This document shows positions 1 through 13,383 of a stretch of 64,000 nucleotides of DNA, in pieces (the first letter of the stretch is position 1; every line of letters begins with the position of its first letter). A program made the position numbers and the translations under genes. The notes under the pieces were generated by a model, which searched no databases, was not told the DNA's origin, and worked only from the letters and a program-made list of their open reading frames with translations. Origin of the DNA: Pseudogymnoascus verrucosus (Eukaryota); NCBI GenBank assembly GCA_001662655.1, contig KV460241.1. One strand, given 5' to 3'.

Positions 1-1110
1 GTACGTACATCTATACGCCACCATACATTGTCCATTCAAGGAGGAGGGATTCCGACTGGTTATCTTACAAGGCGAATGCTTGTATAGAAACACGCAGACA
101 CGCTCTAGATGCCGGGAAGTTAAAATGAAAGAGAGACATGTAACTAAGACATGTAAGGTGAGAAATTGAAAAATGTAAGGTGTCAGTTAACTGACAAATT
201 TCAGCCCACTTCAGTTATCAATATCCACAACCCCTTACTTACCACTCTCTGCCGTATAAACTGAAGGAAGGGGCGAGAGGACTGGTGCGATTTGCGCTCT
301 AATCCACTTGGAAAGAGCAAACAACGACCACGAAGGGAAGGGACAAGAGAGATGGCGATGCAAGGGGTGGTCAAAGGACCGTGACACCCCTCATTCTCGT
401 GGTACATTGGCCACAATGCCTCCACATTGCCTCCACACCGTCTCCACGCCTCCACGTCGCCACCACCTCCATGCGCCGCACGACCATCAGAAAAGTACAG
501 ACTTGCGGCACTCTCCACATGCTTTTCCACTTTCCACATACCTTACTCTCCACATACAGTACTACTCTCCACCTTGTTGTCGCATTATATTGTCATCCCA
601 CTGCCGCCAAGCCCCCCCCTCAATTACCGCGTCAATTGCCAGGCTAGACTCATCCACCACACATCACACACACTCCCACACACACTCCTCGAACCCAACA
701 CCCTCAATCCGCATACAATCATCTCTTCTGGTAACAGTTGCGATCGTCGCCCATGCCGCCTCTCTCTCGGCGCCAAGCGCTCTCCCAATCCACTCCCAAT
801 CCACTTTCTCCAGCTTCTCCAGTTTCTCCAGTCTCCTCCCCCGGTTTCCCCCAGTTCCGTTCCGTGTCATACGTGGATCCCCGAGTACACGTCCCCTCCT
901 TTCTCCTCTCCTCTCCCATGCGCTGTACCTTCATAAGTAAAGGGTGATCTGCAGTCGTATTTATCCTTTCCAATCTTTATCTCAATCAATCATCTCCTGT
1001 CTCACTCCTCAAAGTCTGACATCTTTCCAACGTTCTTCTCCTTTTCTCTCTTGCCTTGACGCACTCTCACCTCACACACCGGATAGAGTTGACACTGCAA
1101 CCTGCCAACC

Positions 1111-2825
1111 ATGGGGCTCTTCTCCCGCGAAAAGACCGCCGCCGGCACTGAGGTCGCTGCGCCAGAGGTCGCTGACAGCCATGATGGCAAGGCCGGCTCC
1201 GACATGGAGAAGACGGGCATTCACGAGGAGGACATCGTCGCCACCGCTCCAGGCTACGAGGACCCGCGCATCTCCTGCTTCACCCACAAAGAGCAGCGCA
1301 GCATCATGCACCGCGTTGATCGCCGCCTCGTGCTCACCCTCGGCGCCATGTACTGTATCAGTTTGATGGACCGAACCAATTTGAGCGCCGCCAACATTGC
1401 TGGGTGAGTCCGAGTCCAATCCGCCGCGCTTTCGCGATGCGCGCCAATGCTAACCTGCCATCGTAGAATGAGCCGCGACCTCGAATTCAAAGCCACTGGT
1501 ATCGACAGATACAGTGTCATCACCCTCATCTTCTTCATCCCATACGTCATTTGCCAGCCGCCCGCAACAGTCATCATGCGCAAGATCGGCCCCCGCATCT
1601 TCCTCGCTGCCATCACAATCCTCTGGGGCGGCATCATGATTGTAAGCTCCAGCATCCCGCCAATTGGCAAGCAACAGAACCACATAAACTAACACACATG
1701 GCAGGCTTTCGGATTCGTCAAGAACTGGACTGAGATGGTCGGACTGCGCATCATTCTCGGTGTCCTCGAGGCTGGTTTCTTCCCGGGCTGCGTATACCTC
1801 ATGTCGACCTGGTACTCCCGCTTCGAGCTCCAGAAGCGCTACTCGGGCTTCTACCTGATCGGTTCCGGCGCATCTGCTTTCTCCGGTATCCTCGCCTACG
1901 GCCTGATGCAAATGAACGGCCTAGCAGGACTCGAGGGATGGCGCTGGATCTTCATCGTAAGCAGCAACCCCCCCAGCCCGTCTGCGCGCGCGCAACTAAC
2001 ATATCCTAGATGGAAGGCGTCCTCACCTGCGTCCTCGGCGTCGCCGGCTACTTGCTCCTCGTCGACTTTCCCGACCAAGCCAAGGGAGCCCGCGGCTTCC
2101 TCAAGGACGCTGAAGTCGACTTCGTGATCGCGCGCATCGAGCAGGATCGCGCCGACACCGTCGCCCCCGAATTCAACCTCGGCCAATACCTCCGCCACGC
2201 CGGCGACCTCAAGGTCTGGGGCTTCGCCTCGCTCTTCGGCCTCTGCACCACCACCTCCTACGCCATCGCCTACTTCCTCCCCGTCATCCTCATGTTCGGC
2301 ATGGGCTTCTCCGTCGCACAGGCACAGTGCCTCGTCGCGCCCCCTTACGCCGCCGCGGGCATCTTCATGTACATCCAAGCCGTGTTCGCTGACAAGTTCC
2401 GCAATCGCTGCAGCTCCGTCATCATCAACGCCTGCTTCTGCCTCATCGGCCTCCCCATCCTCGGCTTCAGCACCAACAACGGCGCGCGCTACTTCGGCGT
2501 CTTCCTCGCCACCATCGGTGCCAATGCCAACATTCCCGCTATCATGACGTATCAGGCCAACAACATCCGTGGGCAGTGGAAGCGCGCGCTTTGCTCTGCC
2601 ACGCTTGTTGGATTCGGTGGTATTGGAGGTATTATCGGATCCACGGTGTTCAGGGAGGTGGACAAGCCAAAGTACACTCCCGGTATCATGACGTGTATGA
2701 TTGCGAACGGGCTTATTATCTGCATCACCCTGCTGTTGACGCTGAAGTTCTGGAGGGCGAACAAGAGAGTCGATGCTGGGGGGAAGATTATCGAGGGACA
2801 GGTTGGATTTAAATATACCCTTTAG
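1111..2825 (+). CDS. MFS transporter, anion:cation symporter (Dal5/Tna1 allantoate/nicotinate-like) family
   Basis: Four exons (introns 1404-1466, 1642-1704, 1957-2009) splice in frame. Motifs DRTNLSAA, LRIILGVLEAGFFPG, WYSRFEL and GLEGWRWIF; many hydrophobic helices. Confidence 0.93.
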
Positions 2826-3894
2826 TAGTCTCTCTTCTGCAAACCGCTCGGCTCGGTTTTGCTTTTTATCGTTATAATATTTTTTTGGTAAATGAAGCGT
2901 GGAAGGATGGAGGAGGAGGATATGACTAGCACTATATATCACTACAGATAGGTTATGAATTTAACAACTTTTAATGAACTTGATTAGTTTGCTACCCCTA
3001 CAAGACTTGTCATAACAATTGACACGGATTACTCATTATATCCGAGCACCTCTTTTTGTGGCTTGAACTGACGGTGTAGGTGCGATTACTGATCCGTGGA
3101 TACCGAGGTAATGACTCTCCACCAAGGTCGCGGTCCATACTGTCCTATCAAAGACCTTCCTTGGAGCTGTCAATTTCTCTCTAGTGACGGGAATGGAGGG
3201 ACTACTGCAGTATGCAGCCCTCACAAAGTATAAAACCGTCCTTTGTGATAGAAAAATGGATAAACGGCACGGAAAACCTTTTCCAGGAGTTGGGGTCAGG
3301 CGAGGGAGGTGACCTGAAGTAGATATACCCCATGGATGGACCCCTCTCATAGAGGAATGGGTACAGCGGCACAGAATAACTTTTTATCTCCGGCGTTGGG
3401 GTGGGATGGGGAATGGAGGGGCCGAGTGTTGAGGTGCTGACAGCAGGGGGTGGAGGTACAGTTGGAGGGACGAGACTTGGCGAGTCGATATCGATCGATC
3501 GATAAATTCGACATCACACCTTCCGTCGGTAATTTTCACATAGCCATTGGGGTTTATGTGTGTTCTCAAAACCCCATAGTAGATCGTCTACAAGTATACT
3601 GGAAAGAGATGCTTAATATACCTCCGACGCCCGCGGAGGTTAGTGTTTTGTACGCGTGGCGTGTGGGGAAGGGATTTGCGTCGTCACCACCACGAGCATC
3701 ATAAGCCATACATATTAATAAAGGAGATCTGTTTTTCCCCTGCCCTTCCATTTCCCTTCCGTCTTTTAATAAAAAATATATAAACATAAACCTACCCCCT
3801 CGACCATGCATGATTCCGGAAAAATGATATAAACACTCCCTCCCCCCGCTTCTTATTTACAACCCCCCTCTCAACCCCCCTCCCACGGACCAAA

Positions 3895-6680
3895 CTACGA
3901 CGGCCGCTTAAAAACATGCGCCTCAGTATTCAAAACCCACTCATCCAAGCTCACAACCCCCGGCTCACTATACAACAAGTAAAAATACTTCAACGTCTCC
4001 GCCAACCAAAAACTCTCCATAGAATCCTGTTTATGCCCCATCCCCTTCTCGCGATTCACGCCGCTGAACGCGCTGTGTCCGATCGACGTGCGCGTGCCGT
4101 TGATGATGGATTCGAACATGCCCCAGCCCTTTGTGGACCAAGTGGGGGAGCCGGTGATGCGGTGGAGGTAGAATACTGATTCTATTGCTTCGGGGCTGGA
4201 GGGAGATGTTAGCACTGCTTCATTCTACCAAACTAACGCACCAGCTGGCTAATGGAAGGGGGGACATACCGAAGGATATACCTATCACCCTCCACCCTCG
4301 CAAACCCGAGCGGCAAATTATTCCTCTCCAACAGATCAGAAATATATTCCTCATGACTGAGCGGTCTATACGGATCCTCCCTCCCACTCGGAAGATTACG
4401 CTCATGGGGGTTCACTGGGACGCCGGGGGTGCTTGTCTTCGAGGGGGCGACGTATGGGATTTCCGGGAGGGCCTCATCCTTCTCGTCTGTGCTGACTACG
4501 GTGCTGTTCGTTGATATCGCGCGCTTGCGGTTGATATTCGCAGCAGGCGGCGCGCTCCCACCGAGGCTGTAACTGGCCGTCGTCCCATTCGCGCGCGAGA
4601 GGACAGCATCCGCCTCAGCCATCAAGGGCTTCTCCTTAGCCTCCTGCTCCAGCCTCGCTTTCTCCTCCTTCTCCTCCTTCGCCTTCTTCTCCGCCATCTC
4701 GAGCCGCACCTTCTCCTTCCTCACCTTCTCCTTCTCGTACTCCTCGATCTCACCCTCGCGGAGCGACCAGCGGGGATCAAGGTACTTATAATACCTCTCC
4801 TCATCCCACTCACAATCCAGCGGATCCTCACACGGCACCGCTCTGGCGTCCTCAGGCATCACACCGCTCTTCGTCGCCTCATACGCCCACACGCATCCAT
4901 CAGCCAGCTTCGCAGCAATAGACAGATCATCGTCGAGACCGAAGAGCTTAGCGCCCATCCCGACCATCCCGCCGATGAAGCACGTCAGGTGCGTGACCTC
5001 GTAGATCTTCTCGTGGTTCTTGTCGTCGGGGAGGTAGGGGTTAACCTGCACCTTCCCCGAGAACAGGACATTGCGCCCTCCCGGGATCAACGGGCGGTAG
5101 AGGAGGTGGCTACGGATCGCATCCATGGTGTTGGTGTACAGTGTGCTATAGGTGGTCTCTAGCCCGCCGAGGAGGAGGTGCATTTTGGAGAAGTACTCGT
5201 AAGTCGAATCCTGGCCGCCGCCCATGGAGAAGCTTTGACGTTGTGGGCCGGGAGTGAGGCCTTGGGGACGGCAGATCTCTTCTTCAGTGAAAGGGCGTCG
5301 GGGGATGAGTTTCTCGGTTGCGTTTTGAGATGGGGTGGAGGACTTTTCCTCCGGTGGTACGTAAGTCGCGTTGCAGCCGGAGGCATCAACGCTGTCCGGG
5401 AAGATGCCCTTGATCTCCGTGCCGCGCTCTTGCCATTCGACAAGGGCGTTAGTGATGCGCGCAACGGCGTCATAGTACTTGTGCTCCCCCGTGAGCTGCG
5501 CCAGACGCGTGAATTCCATGGTTAAGGATCCTAGTTCCGCGAAATTCGAGCTCCCAGCTGCTCGATGGCGTTCCGAAGCACTATGCGGCTGCCATCGATA
5601 ATGCAGCACTGGCATTCTATTTGGGGTATCGAAGATACTCATCAAGATTTCTCCCAACTCCGTAGCCTTGGTCAGAAGCACGGGGTACTTCGCAGCACTA
5701 ATATCATACGCCCCTAACAAGCCCCCCAGGTATCGAATAGTCGTCTCAAACACGGGAATAGAAGTCTTAGGCGACGTCGTGAAATCGATCTTCTCAACCG
5801 TCTCAAGCGCCTCCTCAAACTCGTCCTTCAATCCCATAATCCAGAGCGTATCCAACGAATCCACAATCGTCGCCGCCCACCCGCAAAACGGGTCACGGAA
5901 CCCCCCCTTCACCGGCCCAACCTCATCGTGTCCCCACGCATATTTCTTATAACCCTGCCACGCGTGCAGAAACTCGTCGCGGACCAAATCCCTCCGCTCC
6001 TCACGCAGGGATCTCGCCTCTACTGACTCTTCGGGGAAGTCGAATTGGATCCGCGGCATCTTCTTGGGCGTGCCGCTGGGGAGGCGGATCAGGTCGCCTG
6101 GGGCGATGGGATAGTACTCTGTCTGCTTCTCCCAGTGTATGGTTTCCTCTTTCCCAGACTCGTCGACTGTGTCATCGTAGGTGATTGCGGCGGGGTTTGG
6201 GGGTGTTATTGGCGTTGGGGGCGCTGTTTGTATGGCTGCCAATGCTTCATTGGTGCTTGGTTCTGGTTCGATGACGGGCTCGCCATTTGCAACGACGGGG
6301 GTATTCACTGCCACCGGCGGCTTCGTTGATATCGGCTCAAGGTCAACAATAGGCACGCCATTGGCAACGACCTGCGTATTCTCCGCCAGCACAGGCTTCG
6401 CCGAAGTTGCCTTAACCGCAGTAACAGGCAACGGATCATTTGAATGTGCAATCCCCTGAATATCAACCACCTTCACAGGGTCCCTTCCCTCCGCACCATT
6501 GCTGTCCCCATTCTGCCCCGACGATTTCCCAGCATCGCCATACGGCGAGGAGGAGGAGGTACCGAACGACTTCGGCCTCGCCGCCTGCGCCTCCGGTTGT
6601 GTCTGCCAGAAATTGTAGAACGTAAACACGAGTATCGCCGAAAAGACGAGAAACAGCCTGTATCGCCGGATTCGAAACAT
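3895..6680 (-). CDS. Class I alpha-1,2-mannosidase (glycoside hydrolase family 47), type II membrane protein
   Basis: N-terminal signal anchor after MFRIRRYR. GH47 motifs HAWQGYKKYAWGHDE, VFETTIRYLGGLL, DSTYEY, LRPEAIES (across intron 4196-4269), MESFWLAETLKY and NTEAH. Confidence 0.95.
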
Positions 6681-7438
6681 TGTGTCCCCTTCAGCTCTCG
6701 TTCGGCCGACTGGCTGGGGGAGTCGGGTGGTCGGTCGTACGCAGGGTCGCGTGGGGTGAGGGCCCTTGTACTGGATGTACAGCACGGTATGGTAGTTGTG
6801 CTAGTAGTGACGGACTCAGTAGTTAGCCAGGCGCGAACCAAACAGACAACTCTCACTGTTCCATTATAGTATCTCTATCGACGACGACGGTGACTATACA
6901 AACAATGAACAGTGTCTGGCACAAAGCCAAGCCAAGCCATTGCGGAGTTAGAGTAAATGTGTTACTTTCTAGTTAACCGTCTCCTACAGTTACCTCGCCA
7001 CATTTAGCATGTGGACGGACCACAAAGCTTGGCCTGGAGCCTTCCGCGGAACAGTAGCCTTGCTTGGCCGATCAGTGAACCAACCAGGGAATTTATGGGA
7101 ATTTATGACCCCGCTTTCTACAAGGAGACTACGGTTGTCTGGGGAAATTTAACCTAATACGACGTCAAATAGGGGGATCCCGAGGGAGCCCTGTCCGGTA
7201 TTTTTATTCATGACATGCTTAATACTGACTCTATAGTTGAAGTTAACTCTTTGTTAGAAAGTAAAATAGTAGGGTTTTAATCCGCGTCATAAACGCATCT
7301 TATCTTTATTAAATTGTATGTAATTGCCTATAAATCCCAAAGGTCTTCTCTTCTTCAAATGCAAATCACTGCCCCGCTATGTGCAATCCCAATTTCAGAA
7401 ACCTGATCGTCGGTCATCATGACTCGTTGAAGCCCCCT

Positions 7439-10400
7439 TCAACTCGCATGCTCAACAGGACAACCCCCTGATATCTTATCCCTCAACAACCGCGCATGCG
7501 TGACCTTGGCTCCAATGCTATGATTCTGTACAAACTGTCCATCTTCATCCAAGTCCACGGACGGCGGCGTTGATGGCCGGGAGGGATGAGTGTACTCGAG
7601 CAGATGGCTGAGATGGAACACATGCCCGCATGCGAATCCCACCAGCGTCTCTTGCTCTCCTTCCGTGAATGGCTCACCGCAGCCAACACAATGGCCTGGA
7701 CGAATTGGTTTCCGAGCGCGCACGGGTTCCACGTTGTCATTATCCTTGTTGACGTTATCCGCGGCGGGTGCTGCTACGTCGACGGGAGCCACATCAATGT
7801 GATCCTCGGCTTTAACCACAACATCGAACTTGACACCCTTTCGTTGCCCTGAACGGAGAGTATTCTGCGCAGTAGCCACTTCGCCACGGAGGACACGGGC
7901 GACGCCTGAGCTGATGCTGTGCTGGATTTCGTATTCTTTAATCATGCGACTCAAGCCATCTCTCAGTCCGTCGATTTCCAGACCTTCAGGAATACGACGA
8001 ACAAGGGTGATAGGGTCGATTGCTGTTCCGACCTCTTCTAAGAGGCCGCGGATGAAGCGAGGCTTGTCCATTGAGTAGTCGAGGAGATCTTCCCACAGGT
8101 CTTTATCAGCTTGCTCCTTAGCGAAGTTGATTGCTTGCGAGACATCTGCAAGTCGATCTATGATCAGGAAAAGGGCGCGTTTCGTTTGCCCAGTCTTGGA
8201 GTAGAGGTAGACAAGTTCTGGTATGTAGTCTCGTTCCTCGCACACTTGAGTTGCCTGGAGAAGGTTAGAAACGTTGGATAAATTGGATAAGAGAGAGTGC
8301 ATACCTTCTCAAAAGTATAAGAAGTAGAGCTCTTGAGAAACTCCATTAGCAAGGCCCGGTCATACGATGCAAAGGCTTGTACAGCGACGTCGGCAAATTG
8401 TTCCACATGCGCTCTGCTCTCAACTAACATCCTCTCCCGCGCTTCGGCGGATTTATCATCTTGGCTATCGCCATTCCACAGTGCTCTAATGTAGAAGAAC
8501 AGGTACAAGGGCATATCCTTATGTTGTAGCTGGGTGATGACAGACTCTGGCCGTACAAGACCACGCTGCGCCTCGTCGACAAGGAGAGTGATGACATCTG
8601 CAGTTGTCTCCTCCAATTCCTTCCTAGATGCGGATTTGATCTGCTCCTTTGTCACGCGGATTAAGACCAACCCGGGAATATCCTCGGCAACGGCATCAAT
8701 CAGATGGTAATCTTTGATAAGTGTCATGGCCGTATCGGCATCCTGTAGTTGCATATAGCACTTTAAGGCATCTTTGGGTCGGCCATCTGCAAGATACAGC
8801 TTCCCCAGACACTCCTTTACTATGCGCCAATCACGTCCCACTTGCCCGTCTTCGACAGAATCTTCTCGGACCTCGCGGTATTTTAGCTGATTCTCAAGAG
8901 CTGTAGTGACGGTTCTGATCCCGAACAACTCTGGTGGCCATACGTCGAGTAATTCCTTGAGTCGGAGTCGATCTGTTGCAATGTAATGCCCGAGAACGAC
9001 CTCGTATATTGTCGAAGGTAAGGGAGGTTGTAATTGCGTTGTGGGTATATAACTTGCAATCTCGCCGAACTTGTTTGCCCCGGCGAAGATCCAAACCCAA
9101 TGCTCCCACCTCGAAGAGCTGCCTAGAACCTTGCCGCATACTTGACCCGCCATGACCCAGTCGCCATCAGAGATAAGCTGTTGAATCCATAATTCTCCAA
9201 TTCGCCGTTTCTCCTTCTCGACTGACGAATCAATGAGTCGAGCAGCTGTTTCCTTAACCGACGACGCATCATCGTAGAAATCGCCGCCGGCATCGTTTCT
9301 TTCTGGGGTCCCAGGGCCAATTTCTGCCAATTTCTCGGCTGATGATGATATGATCTCGGGATGATCGTCAAGAAGGTTCCAGGCATCTTCATACTTGTGA
9401 AATTCTAGTAGCCACGAAAGGTGGTCCGACAAATCTCGCTTGGTAGCCAAAATACAGTCGTACGGACTATGGATGAATATTTTCATACCGGGGGCTGCAA
9501 TGTTCGGGTGAGCTGGTTGTTGAGGGCGAACGGATCTGTTTTTGGAGCTAAGTGACCCAGCTTGGCTGGCAGAATCACCACTGCCAACACTACGGATACT
9601 CTGCGCAGAGCTGAGGAGTGTTGTTGCATTGATTGTGGCGTTCCACATGCCGCTACCCATGCCAGCTAAAGTCTCAAGAGTAGTCCTCGATGTCCGTGTT
9701 GTCGACGGTCCCTTCCCTGCTGGCAGAACACCGAGGTGGTAATCTGCAGCGGACAGCCGCTCAAATCGACTCAAGATTAAGCCATCAGTGTCGATTTCTT
9801 CGGAAGTAGACAGTTCGATAAGTCGCAGCTCAGGGGGGACGGCGTTTTGCCGGCGTTGTATGCCTCCTCGTGGCTCGCTGCCAGTAGAAGCGGTTGAGAG
9901 CTTGGATTTATGGCCCTTTTGAGTTGGTGCCTCCTCGGCATCCTCATCTTCGGGATTAATATAAGCAAGTACAAGAAGCAAAGTAGGGGTATATAACGAC
10001 AATCCAGAAATAATGCAATCCATCCTCAAACTATTCACGTTAGCAACCTTCAACACTGGGATATGGTTCAAAACATACATTTTAATGATCTCTGCACGAC
10101 CAACACTGCGCTCTCCAGCATGCTTGCCAACGCCGACTCCACCAGGGTGAACATGAATGATCCAAATAGTGCTTCCCCAGCCAACTACAAGTTTTTCGAT
10201 TGGTTCCTTATTCTTTGCTGTTTGCTGCCTGAGCTTGGTAACAACAGGAGATAACGCCGTGGTGCTTAATCCGTCGTCATCAGTTCCGAGGGAGCTTTCA
10301 TCGATCCATTCCGCCCGGGCCTTCCACACCGCAGCCATCTCTTCCCAACCAGAGTCTTGAGGGCGATCAACGTGGGCAATGCGCTTCCATGCTGAATCTA

Positions 10401-11463
10401 GATCTGCGCTTTCGAGGCCAATATTTGACCGCATTATCTTTATGCCCTTCTCGTTGACCCAAACAACATATTTTCCTGACAATGACCACTTGATTGTGCT
10501 GATGATTCCTTCGCCAGAATGAAGAACAGTATCCTTTCCTGAGTTGCCTCCGAGCCCAATCGTTCCGAGCCAGCCAGATGCGGTAGCCGCTGCGGTTCCA
10601 GTAGTGGTGGATGTGGCATTCGTTCCGGACCGCCCTCCAACAGTCACGACCAGGTTCCCCGCGGTACCTCCAGAGATATATGTTCGGTCATTCTTGTAGT
10701 CGGGTGATAGGGCAACAGCTTGGACCGGCCTGGCAAAATTTCGTAGCTGTACATCTTTTATATCCACAAGAGATGCAATACAGACATTCCCATCTATAGA
10801 AGACGTGGCAATGTAAATGGCGTTCGATGGAATATTCGGTATGACTTGCTGGCGCGGAGCCCTTTGTGCAGCCGGACTTGATGATGCAGATGTAACTGAT
10901 GCCGCTTTTTGCGATTCATTTATAGCTTGAGATATAGCTCTGTTGACTGCTTCTGACCTCGGGTCTGATGTAGGTGGTGGGAATGGGGAAATCGAAATCG
11001 AGGAGATCGATGCGGAGTGGGCATGGTAGACTCGTAGTGACTGGAATGACGGTAATGCTAAAACGTGCTTCGAAGCCTGTTAGTATAGAGTAAACATACA
11101 TCATATTATCCGACTTACAATATTTCCGTTGTGAGTGCCAATATACTATGAGTTATTAGCATTGGCCTAGGCCTCGGTTCATTACTACATGCATACCATC
11201 TTGTCCCCCGCGACCAGGAAAGAGCTTGTAGCATCCCCATTTCTATACAACTGCGTCATATACCCAGTCATTCGAGCATTCTTCAGCTTCGGTTCATCCT
11301 CCTCCTCCTCATCGTCCTCGTCCTCGTCCTCCTCATCTTCATCACTACCGTTGGTTTTGGTCTCGTTCTCATCGTCGTCGTCCGCAGTGTCTGGTTTGTG
11401 AGACCGAGAGTCAGGTGGAATAGCTTCATGCGCTTCCCCACGCTCCCCCGAATCTTCCGCCAT
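7439..11463 (-). CDS. VPS41: HOPS complex subunit Vps41
   Basis: Acidic N-terminus ending EPKLK, WD40 region (YIGTHNGNI micro-exon 11119-11145; RPVQAVALSPDY), clathrin repeat, C-terminal RING-like CVGC...CGHVFH. Four introns. Confidence 0.93.
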
Positions 11464-11662
11464 TTTCCCAGGCAATAGTCACCCGGGTGCTTAAGTCGCT
11501 GTTCAAACGACAGATGAAGCAGTCGACGTCACAGCACATAGCTACGGGGCGGATGACTAATCAAACCCCGGACAAGGCTGAAGCCTTGCATCGCGGGATG
11601 GTTCCTGAATCGAACTTTACAAATTTACCAACTCACATATGTCACCTTCATTATAATCCGTT

Positions 11663-12895
11663 ATGTCCTTTCATTTTTCTTCGCAGATTATTAGACGGCA
11701 GCTGCTGTCCCAAATAGGGGCACCAGGCCTCATAAATAACGCCCAAAACGCAACTCGTCAATGCCGACCGCGTTTTCCTAGCCAGCTCACCCGAGGCTGT
11801 GGCGCACCGTTACAACCGACACGACCATACAGCGCTGCGACGACCGGTGCAGCAGAATCTCAAAAGCGAAAAAACCCTCGATCTCCCGCAGTACAACGTT
11901 CGCTGAGGCGAGTTGCGGTCGAAGCTGAACGGTCCAGTGGCGATGCGTCGCGGGGTCAGAAATCATCTGGTGATAGCCGTGGCCTCAAAAGGATAACAGC
12001 CATATGTGTTGCAGAAGAATTTGCTATGGACAGCGTTGTACGAATACTTCGATCTCAAGGATACCCGATTGATCCACAAGGTACGGGGTTTCTGGATGAC
12101 CAAGTCGTACACACCAAAGCTGTCAATGGTGGAGATGTATTCATATTTCCTTCGGGGACGATAGTTGCATGGTCCTTGCCAGAGGATCTTGCCATTAATT
12201 TGGCAACACAAACGTTAGCACCTGCGGCTATAAACCCACACTTGGAGCAGATTGAATTGGAGGATCTAGAGTACCAAGAAGATCCCAGTCAAGAAGCGAG
12301 CAGCATCAAGGGAGAGGTTATCACCTTGGGAACCAAGAAGGAGGCTTTGGAGAAAAATACCTCGAGTGGCAAGACCTCAACTACATTGGCACAAATTGCG
12401 TTCTCGTCAGGACTAGCCCGGTCTACGAAGCTCGCAGTTCTTGAAACTTCACTTACCAAATACCTTGACTCGACACGAACCATTCCACCTATACTCTCCC
12501 GCGGTGGCCGCTTGCCATTCAACCAACAATTTATCTTACAGAAGACCGGTGCTCTTTTAGAGCTCCGTGCACAGCTCAACCACTACTCGGAACTCACAGA
12601 CTCGTTGCCAGATCTATTCTGGGACAGTCAGCATGAACTTGGGCTAGAGGGGTACTATGATCAGGTGGGACGGGCCCTCGATGTCAGCGTCCGTATCAAA
12701 AGCTTGAATGCCAAGATGGATTATGCCCATGAGATCGTTAGTGTCTTGAGGGAAACTCTGAGTAAGAACCATAGCACATGGTTGGAATGGATCATTATCG
12801 TCCTTATTGCGGTCGAGGTCGGATTCGAACTGAAACGCGAATGGAAGGAGAGGATGAAGGCTAAAGCTGAAGCTAAGTCGCTGAAGGATGAATAA
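11663..12895 (+). CDS. DUF155 (Rmd1/Mrx10/RMND1-like) protein, probably mitochondrial
   Basis: Single ORF with an Arg/Ser-rich presequence-like N-terminus, AFSSGLARSTKL, LFWD, and C-terminal LEWIIIVLIAVEV transmembrane motif. Confidence 0.88.
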   Translation: MSFHFSSQIIRRQLLSQIGAPGLINNAQNATRQCRPRFPSQLTRGCGAPLQPTRPYSAATTGAAESQKRKNPRSPAVQRSLRRVAVEAERSSGDASRGQKSSGDSRGLKRITAICVAEEFAMDSVVRILRSQGYPIDPQGTGFLDDQVVHTKAVNGGDVFIFPSGTIVAWSLPEDLAINLATQTLAPAAINPHLEQIELEDLEYQEDPSQEASSIKGEVITLGTKKEALEKNTSSGKTSTTLAQIAFSSGLARSTKLAVLETSLTKYLDSTRTIPPILSRGGRLPFNQQFILQKTGALLELRAQLNHYSELTDSLPDLFWDSQHELGLEGYYDQVGRALDVSVRIKSLNAKMDYAHEIVSVLRETLSKNHSTWLEWIIIVLIAVEVGFELKREWKERMKAKAEAKSLKDE

Positions 12896-13383
12896 TGCTG
12901 TAAAATCGGGCGTTTTTTGGGGAAGTATATCAATTTCCGGGTGCTACATGGGCGAACTGGGTTGGGGGGCTTTCTGTATAAGATGGAAAACTGAGAGATG
13001 GTGACGGGGTTAACGCCGCAATACTCTACTTATATCTTGGTATCTGCGAGATAATTATACCCTAAATGTACAAATATAGATTCCTGATAAGATTTCTTCG
13101 ACAACATGTAATTACCACAAGCTGTTGAAAGCTCTTTGATAACCGCTCTTGAAGAACAGGGGCAGCGACTTTCTCATGTCCAAAAAGTGGGTCCACGAGG
13201 CTGTAGAATATGGTCGCCAACGTCGCAAGGCTTGGGAAACAACGCGACAGACGCGTTGAACAATCGTGGAAAGAGCTCACCCCATACTCCCAGCATGCCC
13301 GGTGACCGCAAGTCTTTAAAATGCTACATCTAAATCCGCCTAGATTGACATACGCGGATGGAATTAACTGAGGCGTTGTAGCC

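Noticed and set aside
308..940. Overlapping 169-210 aa ORFs upstream of the MFS gene
   Set aside because: Low-complexity C-rich sequence depleted of stop codons; no protein-like features.
1896..2942. 348-aa antisense ORF over the MFS gene
   Set aside because: Shadow of strong codon bias on the sense strand; no recognisable protein.
3489..3504. 16-bp palindrome TATCGATCGATCGATA
   Set aside because: Explained by a self-complementary (GATC)n microsatellite.
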